Shown in pieces: positions 1-8,341 of a DNA stretch of 64,000 nucleotides. Both the position numbers and the translations under genes were made by a program. The first letter of the stretch is position 1, and each line of letters starts with the position of its first letter. Under the pieces are notes generated by a model, which saw only the letters and a list, made by a program, of their open reading frames with translations, was not told the DNA's origin and did not search any database. The stretch lies in sequence record PP942979.1; one strand, given 5' to 3'.

Positions 1-8
1 ACGGTCAC

Positions 9-1817
9 ATGCAGGCTATGGTTATCGTTGACTCCTATCCTGCGATGATGCCGGATCAGGTCGATGATGACGATGGCTCAAAAGCAATGGCACTGCAAGC
101 GCGTATGTTCTCTGACGGCATCAAACGTTTCCGTGGTGGTATGCGTCGTAAGATGATGACCATCGTTGGCGTTAACCAGTTGCGTCAGAAACCTGCTGTG
201 ATGTTCGGTAGCCCTGAGTATGAGCCTGGAGGTGATGCGTTGAAGTTCTATTGCTTCGACCGTGACACTCTGATTCGTACCGACCACGGTGTGATGACTG
301 CACCTGAGATCGCGCAACTGCTGAAAGATGGCGTTAAAGTTTGCGTTGAATCGTTCGATGGTTATCAGCAAATCAATGGCGCGTGGAAAGTTGAAGACGC
401 TCCGTTCCCAATCGAACTGTCTGCTGGAGGCCATAGCTACATCGGTAGCGCAGAGCACCGTCAGTTTGTTCTGGTACCTGGCGTAACTGCTGATGGTACG
501 AATGTGTTCTATCCTGAGTGGCGTACTCTGAACGAGATGGCTACCGGTGGGCACGAAGGTGTATACGCTGGTCTGCGTGTACCGCCTGTCAAAGAACTGA
601 AACAGAACGTACCTGATGCGTTCGATGAAGCAAGCCAGCTTGTAAGCAGTCTGCTTGCTAACTGTGATCCGGTAAGCGTTCAACTGCCTCTGGCCACGCA
701 TGGTGATACTACCTATGCAGCGAACGTGCTGACCATTGACGTAGTTGGTGAGAGCACTGATTCCTCCGACTTCTCGTTCTGGGCTAAGAAGCTGCTGGAC
801 ATTGGCGTATTCGCTTACGCTGATGAACGTGGTATTCACATGCCTGGTCTGAACAAGCATGAGCTGGAAGAAGCTGTTGCGCAGGATGCTGACAGTGCGT
901 TCCGTGGTCTGTCTTATGCCGCCACCTGTCGTCAACGTCAAACGCAGATGCTGATTGCTATTGCTGATCGCTTCCCGGAACTGACTCGCTATGTTCTGGA
1001 CTATCAGTTGCAGGTAGGCGAAGCTAAAATCTATCTGGCTCCAGAGAACGACTTTGCCGAAGCGCTTGACCTGATTCTGCATCGTGAGATTGACGGGTAC
1101 GATGACCTGTACGATCTGCTGATGCAGCAACTGGCTTACGTTGAAGACTGGTACAACTTCGATAGCTCTATCTTGCCTGTGCCGTTCTCGCTGAAAGTGC
1201 TGAACAAAGAAGTTGAGTTCTGGGATGTTAACGTTGCCGAGACTTCTGTGGTTATCACCAACGGCTTCGTATCGCATAATAGTGATGTGCGCGTTCGTCT
1301 GGCTTCTCGTGCAGTACCTGATGCAGGCTGGACAAAACTCAAAGACGCACCTGGTGTTGTCGGTGAGAAGTCTGTCACTATTGAGGGCGGTACTGACCGC
1401 TATCGTTTCATTGCTGCTAAGACCATCAAGAACAAGATGGGTGGCATCCCGAACCAGCAGACTTGGTTGCGTCTGTGGGAAGCTGACGGTAATGGTGAAG
1501 CGCGCGGCTTCGACCCTGTGTTCGATACGTGGCACTATCTGAAAGTTCTCGGCCTGATCAACGGCACACGTAAGAGCTTTAAGATCAAAGCGCCTTGCCC
1601 TCTGGCTTCCGAAGTCAAGATGGACTGGGATGACTTCCGCACTCTTATCAACGGCACCAAGACACAAGTTGTCGATGTGTGTAAGAAGCTGAAAGTCAAA
1701 CCTGCCGGCCTGCGTCTGTGGTGCTTCAAGTTCGTGCAATCTGCGAAAGGCAAAGAAATGTTGAAAGCGTCTATCAGTAAGTCTGCGAAGACTTCTGGTG
1801 ATGAAGACGACGAGTAA
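9..1817 (+). CDS. recA: RecA-like recombinase, 5'-truncated by the window edge, contains an intein
   Basis: Walker B VIVDS, SKAMALQARMFS, NQLRQK, GSPEYEPGGDALKFY|SDVRVRL and KTIKNK match RecA. The frame is open to the window start, so the Walker A region lies upstream. Confidence 0.9.
   Translation: MQAMVIVDSYPAMMPDQVDDDDGSKAMALQARMFSDGIKRFRGGMRRKMMTIVGVNQLRQKPAVMFGSPEYEPGGDALKFYCFDRDTLIRTDHGVMTAPEIAQLLKDGVKVCVESFDGYQQINGAWKVEDAPFPIELSAGGHSYIGSAEHRQFVLVPGVTADGTNVFYPEWRTLNEMATGGHEGVYAGLRVPPVKELKQNVPDAFDEASQLVSSLLANCDPVSVQLPLATHGDTTYAANVLTIDVVGESTDSSDFSFWAKKLLDIGVFAYADERGIHMPGLNKHELEEAVAQDADSAFRGLSYAATCRQRQTQMLIAIADRFPELTRYVLDYQLQVGEAKIYLAPENDFAEALDLILHREIDGYDDLYDLLMQQLAYVEDWYNFDSSILPVPFSLKVLNKEVEFWDVNVAETSVVITNGFVSHNSDVRVRLASRAVPDAGWTKLKDAPGVVGEKSVTIEGGTDRYRFIAAKTIKNKMGGIPNQQTWLRLWEADGNGEARGFDPVFDTWHYLKVLGLINGTRKSFKIKAPCPLASEVKMDWDDFRTLINGTKTQVVDVCKKLKVKPAGLRLWCFKFVQSAKGKEMLKASISKSAKTSGDEDDE
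252..1280 (+). mobile_element. Intein (343 aa) in RecA with a probably degenerate LAGLIDADG endonuclease region
   Basis: Starts with Cys (CFDRDTLIRT), has block B SAEH and block F FWDVNVAETSVVITNG, and ends His-Asn followed by Ser+1. Removing it restores the RecA motif GG.ALKFYSDVR. Confidence 0.92.
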
Positions 1818-1824
1818 TAAACGC

Positions 1825-1850
1825 GGGAGGGCTTCGGCTCTCCCTTTATT
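1825..1850 (+). terminator. Intrinsic terminator
   Basis: GGGAGGGC-TTCG-GCTCTCCC hairpin followed by TTTATT. Confidence 0.8.
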
Positions 1851-1866
1851 CGTGTAAGGAGAACCA

Positions 1867-2289
1867 ATGCGTACTCAAATCTTTACCGCTGATATTGTTA
1901 ATCTGCAAACAACCGCAACTAACGAAGAAACAGGCGAAGAGATTGTCACACAAACAATCGTGCCTAACGTCGAAGGTGAACTGACAATCAGTGTTGGTGA
2001 ACTGTCTCGTCTGTCTGAAAGCCTGAGCGAGCCTACCGACTCTGACTGCCGCCTGATTGTTATCGTGTCTCCGGATGCAACGCCGGTCTTCTATGACGAA
2101 GCGCTGTCCAGTTACTTCGACCCAATCGAGCGTATTGCTGATATTCAGGCCGGCAACATCGGTACCATCAACGGTCTGCAAGTCATTCGCGGCCTGCAAG
2201 GCGATCACCCTTACGTTGCAGTTGTCGAAGTACGTGACGCTGATACCGTAGAGATCGTTCGCTACAACGCGTCTGTAGTAAAACTGTAA
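1867..2289 (+). CDS. Hypothetical protein (140 aa)
   Basis: AGGAG RBS; codon usage like neighbouring genes. Confidence 0.75.
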   Translation: MRTQIFTADIVNLQTTATNEETGEEIVTQTIVPNVEGELTISVGELSRLSESLSEPTDSDCRLIVIVSPDATPVFYDEALSSYFDPIERIADIQAGNIGTINGLQVIRGLQGDHPYVAVVEVRDADTVEIVRYNASVVKL

Positions 2290-2327
2290 ATACTAAGTGG
2301 GAGTCATACTCCCACGTTCTCTGGCTT

Positions 2328-2379
2328 GATAGGCAATGCGCCACAAGCAAAACAAACTAACTCGATAGGCAATGCGCCA
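2328..2379 (+). repeat. 16-bp direct repeat GATAGGCAATGCGCCA x2 (2328-2343, 2364-2379)
   Basis: Two exact copies with a 20-nt spacer, abutting the RBS of the next gene. Confidence 0.85.
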
Positions 2380-2389
2380 GGAGTGATTT

Positions 2390-3091
2390 ATGAAAAAGAT
2401 TCAGACTAACATTTTACCCACCGAAGCCCTGCACGGACTAATCCACGGGTACGCGCGTCACGCCAAACAGCCTGACGCTGCGAACAAGACGTTGTTCTAT
2501 GTTGACGTCACTGAACGCAGTGCTAACGATGCACTGTACTCTATTCTTCGCCGCGATATTCCTTCAAACATCATCGGTACTGCCTACGATTGTCTTGTTG
2601 GTTTCCGTGGACATACAGCTCCTGCTCAACTTCCCATCGTGCTGTCGGAGAGTTTATATCACATAGGTTTGGATAGACTCGCTAGTTCCCTGGCTGGAAT
2701 TTTTGACGCTCTCGGCCGTACCGTGCATACTAACGACACGCAGATCACTATTTACGGTGAACCTGCAATTGAGAAACTTCTGTCTATTGTTCGAGATACG
2801 CAGTTTAAGAGTTTCTTGGAAGTGTGCAACCCTGAACTTGCTTGTGGTGACTTCGACCTACAGTCCAATATCACTGTAGACAACTTTGTGTCTATGGCAA
2901 TCGACCCGGACTTTGAAAAGCGTATTCCTGATAGCCCCGGGACCACCTATACATTTGGTCGTGACTTCATGTTTATGCACTATGAAGACCTGCATAAAGT
3001 TATTCAGATGCTGCGTAAATATAAAAAGAATTGCACCCTGCATCCTGATTTGATGCGCTACTATTTCATGAACGTAATCTGTAAATACTGA
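2390..3091 (+). CDS. Hypothetical protein (233 aa)
   Basis: AGGAG RBS; long ORF. Confidence 0.75.
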   Translation: MKKIQTNILPTEALHGLIHGYARHAKQPDAANKTLFYVDVTERSANDALYSILRRDIPSNIIGTAYDCLVGFRGHTAPAQLPIVLSESLYHIGLDRLASSLAGIFDALGRTVHTNDTQITIYGEPAIEKLLSIVRDTQFKSFLEVCNPELACGDFDLQSNITVDNFVSMAIDPDFEKRIPDSPGTTYTFGRDFMFMHYEDLHKVIQMLRKYKKNCTLHPDLMRYYFMNVICKY

Positions 3092-3139
3092 TCAACAACC
3101 GAACACAATTGCTGTGTGTAGTCTCGCCCGACTTGGGCA

Positions 3140-3173
3140 GGGGAGAGCCGGATGGCCTCCCCATTTTTTTTTT
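3140..3173 (+). terminator. Intrinsic terminator-like hairpin with a long T run
   Basis: GGGGAGAGCC-GGAT-GGCCTCCCC followed by about 10 T. Confidence 0.6.
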
Positions 3174-3187
3174 GGCTGAGGGTTTTT

Positions 3188-4201
3188 ATGGCAACATTCA
3201 TCGAAGTACATGAGGCCTACTTGCAGGAGTCTGCCTCTCGCGGTGCAGCACGATCTAAAATAACCGACCAGTTTACTGCTTATCTTAAAAAGAGAAACGG
3301 TAAACTCCCGCCACTAGGAATCCCTATGGACGAGTTTGTCCGTTGGTCTAACATGATTCCGACAGAGATCAACCCTGACATATCTCGTCAGCTAATGTTT
3401 ATTTCGTCAGCGACCTACACTCATTACGTTTGGTCTTTTACGAAAGCATCCTTTGTGATTGAGAAAGAATTGTGGCCACATCTGATTGAGGGTGATGCGC
3501 CTAAAGTGCTTCCCACTTCCACACTGCGCCAGCTGCCTCACTGGTCGCAGTGGATTAATTGTGTGTTCACGCTTGATTACAAACACGCAGCGACAGGTAA
3601 CAAATATACAATTGACCTAGAAGGATTCTGGGCAACATACACCAACTATCTGGAAGCAACACATCTCAATCTATCCTGCTTGGGTGTATACAATGATGGT
3701 ACGGGAGATCAGATCATGTCTCTCTACATCATATTCGACATTACTAAAGACATGGAGTTGTCTGATGGATTCGATTGGTTCATTCATCTGGTAGGCGCTA
3801 GAGGCGCAACTGCTGTGGATATTAATTCTGATAACGGCGCTGAGGTTAATGAAGCTATCATGGCGCTCATGAAGCCTGTCGTTAACGTGCTACTATTTGT
3901 TGCATCGCAGGTAGATAACATCTATAAAGGAGGAATCAAATCACTCAAACCTAGACGTAGCGGTAACAGCTACAAAATCATTCCTGTTCGTGATGTTCGT
4001 GAGTGGAATGTTGGCACTGAGTTGCTTAATGAAATTCGTACTTACGAAAGCGAAGTGAGATCTCATGAATCAAATGGTCGTCGTGCTCACATACGTCGAG
4101 CGCACCACCATAACTATTGGTACGGCCCTCTCAAGGGCGAGCGTGAGCTAAAATCGCGCTGGGTACCGCCATGCGTTGTTCGCGGCACTGTCGTAGAATA
4201 A
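3188..4201 (+). CDS. Hypothetical protein with a C-terminal RRAHIRRAHHHNYWYGP motif
   Basis: Start reassigned to ATG 3188 after GAGG; the His/Arg/Trp motif is of a type seen in uncharacterised phage proteins. Confidence 0.75.
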   Translation: MATFIEVHEAYLQESASRGAARSKITDQFTAYLKKRNGKLPPLGIPMDEFVRWSNMIPTEINPDISRQLMFISSATYTHYVWSFTKASFVIEKELWPHLIEGDAPKVLPTSTLRQLPHWSQWINCVFTLDYKHAATGNKYTIDLEGFWATYTNYLEATHLNLSCLGVYNDGTGDQIMSLYIIFDITKDMELSDGFDWFIHLVGARGATAVDINSDNGAEVNEAIMALMKPVVNVLLFVASQVDNIYKGGIKSLKPRRSGNSYKIIPVRDVREWNVGTELLNEIRTYESEVRSHESNGRRAHIRRAHHHNYWYGPLKGERELKSRWVPPCVVRGTVVE

Positions 4202-4245
4202 CTCTCAAACAACTCCACGTATGGGCGTTATGCCCGGAGGTCAAT

Positions 4246-5004
4246 ATGTCTCGTGTACAAACTCTATGGATTCCTGATATGGAATCGTATGAATCTTACA
4301 TCCGTTCTCTGTGTCATATGGCGCGATCGCTGGAAAACAATGGACTGAACTACGGCAAGATGAAACGTGTCGTGTTCATCGGCCTGTCAAAGCGTAGTGT
4401 TGAATCCTACGTTAAACAGCTTCTCAATTCAAACACGTTGCCGAATACTCTCGTTTGCTTCGGCATCGACGAGCCACCTGTTAGTCACCGTGAGTTCTCC
4501 TTCATCGGTTCGCATGTTGTGTTGATGCACGACCTGACATATGCAGGAGACAACGCGATGGGCCGCGTGTCGCAGCGTGTTCTCGAAATCATCCTGAGCC
4601 TGAAACAAAAGCCTGAGGATCGTGAACTTAAAAATGGTGCGCTGTCTCTTGTCTACCAAAACCCGATGCTGTGGTCTTACATCAGGGACAATGGTGCGAG
4701 TATGTACATGAACGCCGTACACATTCAATACGCAGAAGGTCTTGTGTCGTCTATCGGTGTTGATCAACTCATGTCCTGCAAAGACAACGAAGACTATCAC
4801 AAACTTCATGCGCCTGTGATTACGATCGGCCTTGAGTTCTTCTACGTTAAGCCTGATGAACTGCTGTCCAAACTCTGCAACCTGATGTGGTCTCTCGGAT
4901 CAACCACCTGCGAGTTTAAGGACAACTATAAAATCGTACTGCATGACGACTTCCGCCTCGCTTTCTTCGAAGAATTCCTTCTCAGAGAGTTTAAGGGGTT
5001 TTAA
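4246..5004 (+). CDS. Hypothetical protein
   Basis: GGAGG RBS before ATG 4246. Confidence 0.75.
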   Translation: MSRVQTLWIPDMESYESYIRSLCHMARSLENNGLNYGKMKRVVFIGLSKRSVESYVKQLLNSNTLPNTLVCFGIDEPPVSHREFSFIGSHVVLMHDLTYAGDNAMGRVSQRVLEIILSLKQKPEDRELKNGALSLVYQNPMLWSYIRDNGASMYMNAVHIQYAEGLVSSIGVDQLMSCKDNEDYHKLHAPVITIGLEFFYVKPDELLSKLCNLMWSLGSTTCEFKDNYKIVLHDDFRLAFFEEFLLREFKGF

Positions 5005-5080
5005 GATTATTCTGAGTTTCGTCATTAATTTCTCCAAGTTAGCAAGAAGTGCTGACTAAATAGTTATTTGGAGAAATAAC

Positions 5081-5341
5081 ATGTGCGAACGTAGCCTCGT
5101 ACGGTTGAAGTACATCGCACGGTCATCGAACTGGTGCAATAATAAAGTAAACGCTTGTAGTGAGCGGAAGGCGACGAACGTACAATGCGAAGATTTTTTA
5201 GCAGTAACAAAAGATTGTCGCAGTGTGCAGGACTCGTCCAATGTTGTTTCCTTCTTCAAAGATCAAGAGCTGGTAGGTCAAGCTATTTGGGAAGAGAAAG
5301 AGGGAGACCACATACTTCAATTCCGACTACTACTCGCATAA
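5081..5341 (+). CDS. Hypothetical protein (86 aa)
   Basis: GGAG RBS. Confidence 0.55.
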   Translation: MCERSLVRLKYIARSSNWCNNKVNACSERKATNVQCEDFLAVTKDCRSVQDSSNVVSFFKDQELVGQAIWEEKEGDHILQFRLLLA

Positions 5342-5400
5342 CTTTCCTAATAGGGCTATCAGAGCAATCTGGTGGCCCTTCTTCATTTCTAGGAGCTGTC

Positions 5401-5667
5401 ATGCCGTACCACCTGCAACTGCAAGAGAAACACTTTAGAGCTATTCAAGATCACGCGGACCAAATCATCGGTCTGTCCGCTTTAGTATCGAAGTTAGCTG
5501 AGGACGATATTGTCGTTGTCAATGTGTCCGTGTCGCGTCCACAAGACGCGGGTGTTCCCATTACCGTTGTTCGTGACGGCTGTGAGCGATACTTGGAGGT
5601 GCAGAGAGCGCCTTGGCCCATCTCACCTGATTCACCATCTATAGAAATAGCAATCGTTCAATACTGA
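5401..5667 (+). CDS. Hypothetical protein (88 aa)
   Basis: AGGAG RBS before ATG 5401; followed by a terminator. Confidence 0.65.
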   Translation: MPYHLQLQEKHFRAIQDHADQIIGLSALVSKLAEDDIVVVNVSVSRPQDAGVPITVVRDGCERYLEVQRAPWPISPDSPSIEIAIVQY

Positions 5668-5672
5668 CGCTT

Positions 5673-5698
5673 AGGCTGCCCTCGTTGGCGGCCTTTTC
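5673..5698 (+). terminator. Intrinsic terminator
   Basis: GGCTGCC-CTCGTT-GGCGGCC followed by TTTT. Confidence 0.7.
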
Positions 5699-5747
5699 TA
5701 TTTCTATGCTAATTTCATCTTGCATTCACTCGCACTGGAGAGACACT

Positions 5748-6398
5748 ATGGAAATCTACGTTTCACTATCGAAGCAGGAAGAACCACCGATAGTAACAGA
5801 GATCGACCAAAAGGCGCCTCGCATTAACGACAACAGCAAAGTGGGCCAAGTATTCGACGTTCACGTTCTACAGCAAATGAGTTACCTCGACATGAAGAAC
5901 ATTCGTGGTGACGCAGGAGCGAAGTACGCCAAAGCTATTGCTGATTGGCTCAACAGTCAAAGGTCGATCGACAATAAGTTTCGCGTATCAAACAGAAGTA
6001 AAATCTCGATTGCTGTAAAGAACACACAACAGATGGCAGCGCGTTATCGCAACATCTACCTGTTAAGTCCTGAAAGCAATAAAGATCGCTGCTGGTTGCT
6101 GGTGGGTGAAGGCCCACATGACAACAAGCAGACTGTGGAGATTGGTCGGAGTCTTCAAATGGATGTGCTGTATGCTTCCGTTCGTACTATGCTTGCATCA
6201 CACTTACCGACCGACGAGTGGCCAGGCGATAACACATACGAACATGTTCAATTGGAGTTGGACAAACGGGGCAAACATGGTGGTCGCGTGGCTAAGCGTC
6301 ATTACACGTTTGCAAAAGAAAATGAAAATACACTGATCACGATGATGCAGGACGGGTTGTCCATTGCAGAAATCACCGATTGGGTTCTGAAACAGTAA
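5748..6398 (+). CDS. Hypothetical protein
   Basis: GGAG RBS before ATG 5748. Confidence 0.7.
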   Translation: MEIYVSLSKQEEPPIVTEIDQKAPRINDNSKVGQVFDVHVLQQMSYLDMKNIRGDAGAKYAKAIADWLNSQRSIDNKFRVSNRSKISIAVKNTQQMAARYRNIYLLSPESNKDRCWLLVGEGPHDNKQTVEIGRSLQMDVLYASVRTMLASHLPTDEWPGDNTYEHVQLELDKRGKHGGRVAKRHYTFAKENENTLITMMQDGLSIAEITDWVLKQ

Positions 6399-6407
6399 GA
6401 GGAATCT

Positions 6408-8102
6408 ATGTCCCTGATTAAACTCGAAGGCATCGCATCAACGTCTGCTCCGACCAAGGCGCAGAAAGATGCTGCCGTTTATTTGTTTGGCTCCAAAGGT
6501 CATTCAATCGTTGCCGTGCTCGACAAATTCAGTCGCGCCAAAGAACTGCGCACAGCTCACCTTGACGGTCTGCTCAAGCTGATGAAAGAAGGCGAAGATG
6601 ACGAGATCATCAAGTTCGCTGCGTCGGCCCCGGGCAAGAAAACAATCGCTAACGCCAAAGCATTTGCTGTGGCGAAGACTCTGACCGCTGCAATCAAAGC
6701 GCTGAAACTAATCCGCGTTCCTGTTAAGTGGGTTGAGGGGCATTCTGATGCGGCTGCTGCTCGTGTTCAGGAGACCAAAGAGATTCGCGCACGTAAGACT
6801 GCGGGCAACAAGCCTGAGAAGCCAATTAAGCTCGATAACCCAGGCGCGCCGGAGTCTGTGGAAGTTGAACAGACCAAACCGAACGCCAAAGTAAGCAAAA
6901 TCTGGTTGGCAAAAAACTTCTCTGCTACTAACAGCGCTACGTGGTCTGCCTTGCAGAAAGCATTCAACGACGAATGCAAAGACCTTGGTTTCTCTGCTAA
7001 GTTCATTAAGAGCGAGGGTGGTCTGCGCATTACTGTTCCGGGCGCGGGCTATCAGCAATTGCGTAACATGCACATCGGTCTGGATGACTCAGGCAAAAGA
7101 CCTGGCTGGCATTTATATGCAGTCTCACCGACAGACAAACACGGCGCAGATATTGATGGGCGCTCCATCGGTCCGCGTCTGACCGTTGCTTCCGTGATTG
7201 CTGCTATTCGTGACTTCATCGCCAATGGTGATAAGATCAAGCAGTCTCTGAATGCACGTATCGCAGGCGCTCAGGTGTTTGACAAAGATCTCACACCAAG
7301 CAGTGGTATCTTTGACGAGTATGAAGCTAACGAACGCAAAGCACGACGTGATCCAGAAGCGCCGGTGACTCTTGCGAAGCTGAATAAAAACAGCATCGGT
7401 AAGGCAACAAACGGTATGCTTGGCGGCCTCGCTACTGAGATAAACAAAGTAGTGAAAGACACACCTATCTACGCCACGAACTTTATGGGCAAAGAGGGTG
7501 CGTATGGTCTGAACGGCTATATCATTGATATGCACATCTCTAAACGAGATAAGCCAGGCAACCTCGCAGGCGTTATTTTGATCCCGCCGCAGGCCGGAAC
7601 TGCTATCAAAGGTGATACGTGGCGCGCTCGTGGTATCAAGATTGGCCGCGAAGAACTGGGTGCTGAATACAGCATCGGTGCCAAGCTGACGGCTGCCGGC
7701 GTAAACAAAGCCTACGCTAAGATCATCAAAGAACCTATGTTTGCAAAGGCTGCTGTGAAAGAAGCGTATACTCCGTCTGGTAAAACTGACGTAACGCTGG
7801 TGGACGAACTGGCAGAAGTGACTGCACGTAAGATCGCTGCGAAGCCTCTTCAAGCGCGTGAAGAATATTTCAATGCGCTGCGCAACACTCTGCACTCCAA
7901 CCTGCGTAACTCTGTGGTCAACACTACCTCTGACGGTGTGACAGTAGCTCAGGGCAACAAGCTCTATACAATCCGTCTGGCCGACAATACGTGGACCATT
8001 CAGACTGGCGCTACCGGTAAGCCGAAGAAGGTCGGCTCAACGTTCGACATTGTTGATCTGCTTGGCATGATCGACAAGAGCATTCTGCGTCCTAAAGCGT
8101 AA
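6408..8102 (+). CDS. Lys/Ala-rich 564-aa protein with about three divergent internal repeats
   Basis: GAGG RBS; strongly expressed-type codon usage; repeats end SIGPRLTVASVI / SIGAKLTAAGVN / KVGSTFDIVDLL. Confidence 0.8.
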   Translation: MSLIKLEGIASTSAPTKAQKDAAVYLFGSKGHSIVAVLDKFSRAKELRTAHLDGLLKLMKEGEDDEIIKFAASAPGKKTIANAKAFAVAKTLTAAIKALKLIRVPVKWVEGHSDAAAARVQETKEIRARKTAGNKPEKPIKLDNPGAPESVEVEQTKPNAKVSKIWLAKNFSATNSATWSALQKAFNDECKDLGFSAKFIKSEGGLRITVPGAGYQQLRNMHIGLDDSGKRPGWHLYAVSPTDKHGADIDGRSIGPRLTVASVIAAIRDFIANGDKIKQSLNARIAGAQVFDKDLTPSSGIFDEYEANERKARRDPEAPVTLAKLNKNSIGKATNGMLGGLATEINKVVKDTPIYATNFMGKEGAYGLNGYIIDMHISKRDKPGNLAGVILIPPQAGTAIKGDTWRARGIKIGREELGAEYSIGAKLTAAGVNKAYAKIIKEPMFAKAAVKEAYTPSGKTDVTLVDELAEVTARKIAAKPLQAREEYFNALRNTLHSNLRNSVVNTTSDGVTVAQGNKLYTIRLADNTWTIQTGATGKPKKVGSTFDIVDLLGMIDKSILRPKA

Positions 8103-8106
8103 TCAA

Positions 8107-8131
8107 AAGGGTGGCTTCGGCTGCCCTTTTT
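8107..8131 (+). terminator. Intrinsic terminator
   Basis: AAGGGTGGC-TTCG-GCTGCCCTT followed by TTT. Confidence 0.85.
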
Positions 8132-8341
8132 CATTTATTTCTGTGCCATTCGTAAATAACCTATCTGCTTCCCTAGCCAGTTCTCCTCGACACACAATCT
8201 CCTATCCTGTCCTGTATTTCAAAACATCTCTATCTCCACTGGTACTACTCAAAAATGCACCAGCGCCTACAGTCATCCTGTTCTCTAATTCAACCTTACA
8301 GACTCGGTCGTCTGTGTTGTATTTCTCAAGAGGAAAATGTG

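Noticed and set aside
78-1739. 553-aa minus-strand ORF over recA
   Set aside because: Fully overlaps a clearly recognisable RecA/intein; no motifs of its own.
2328-2379. Possible mini CRISPR array
   Set aside because: Only two 16-bp repeats with a 20-nt spacer, too short, and no cas genes; kept only as a direct repeat.
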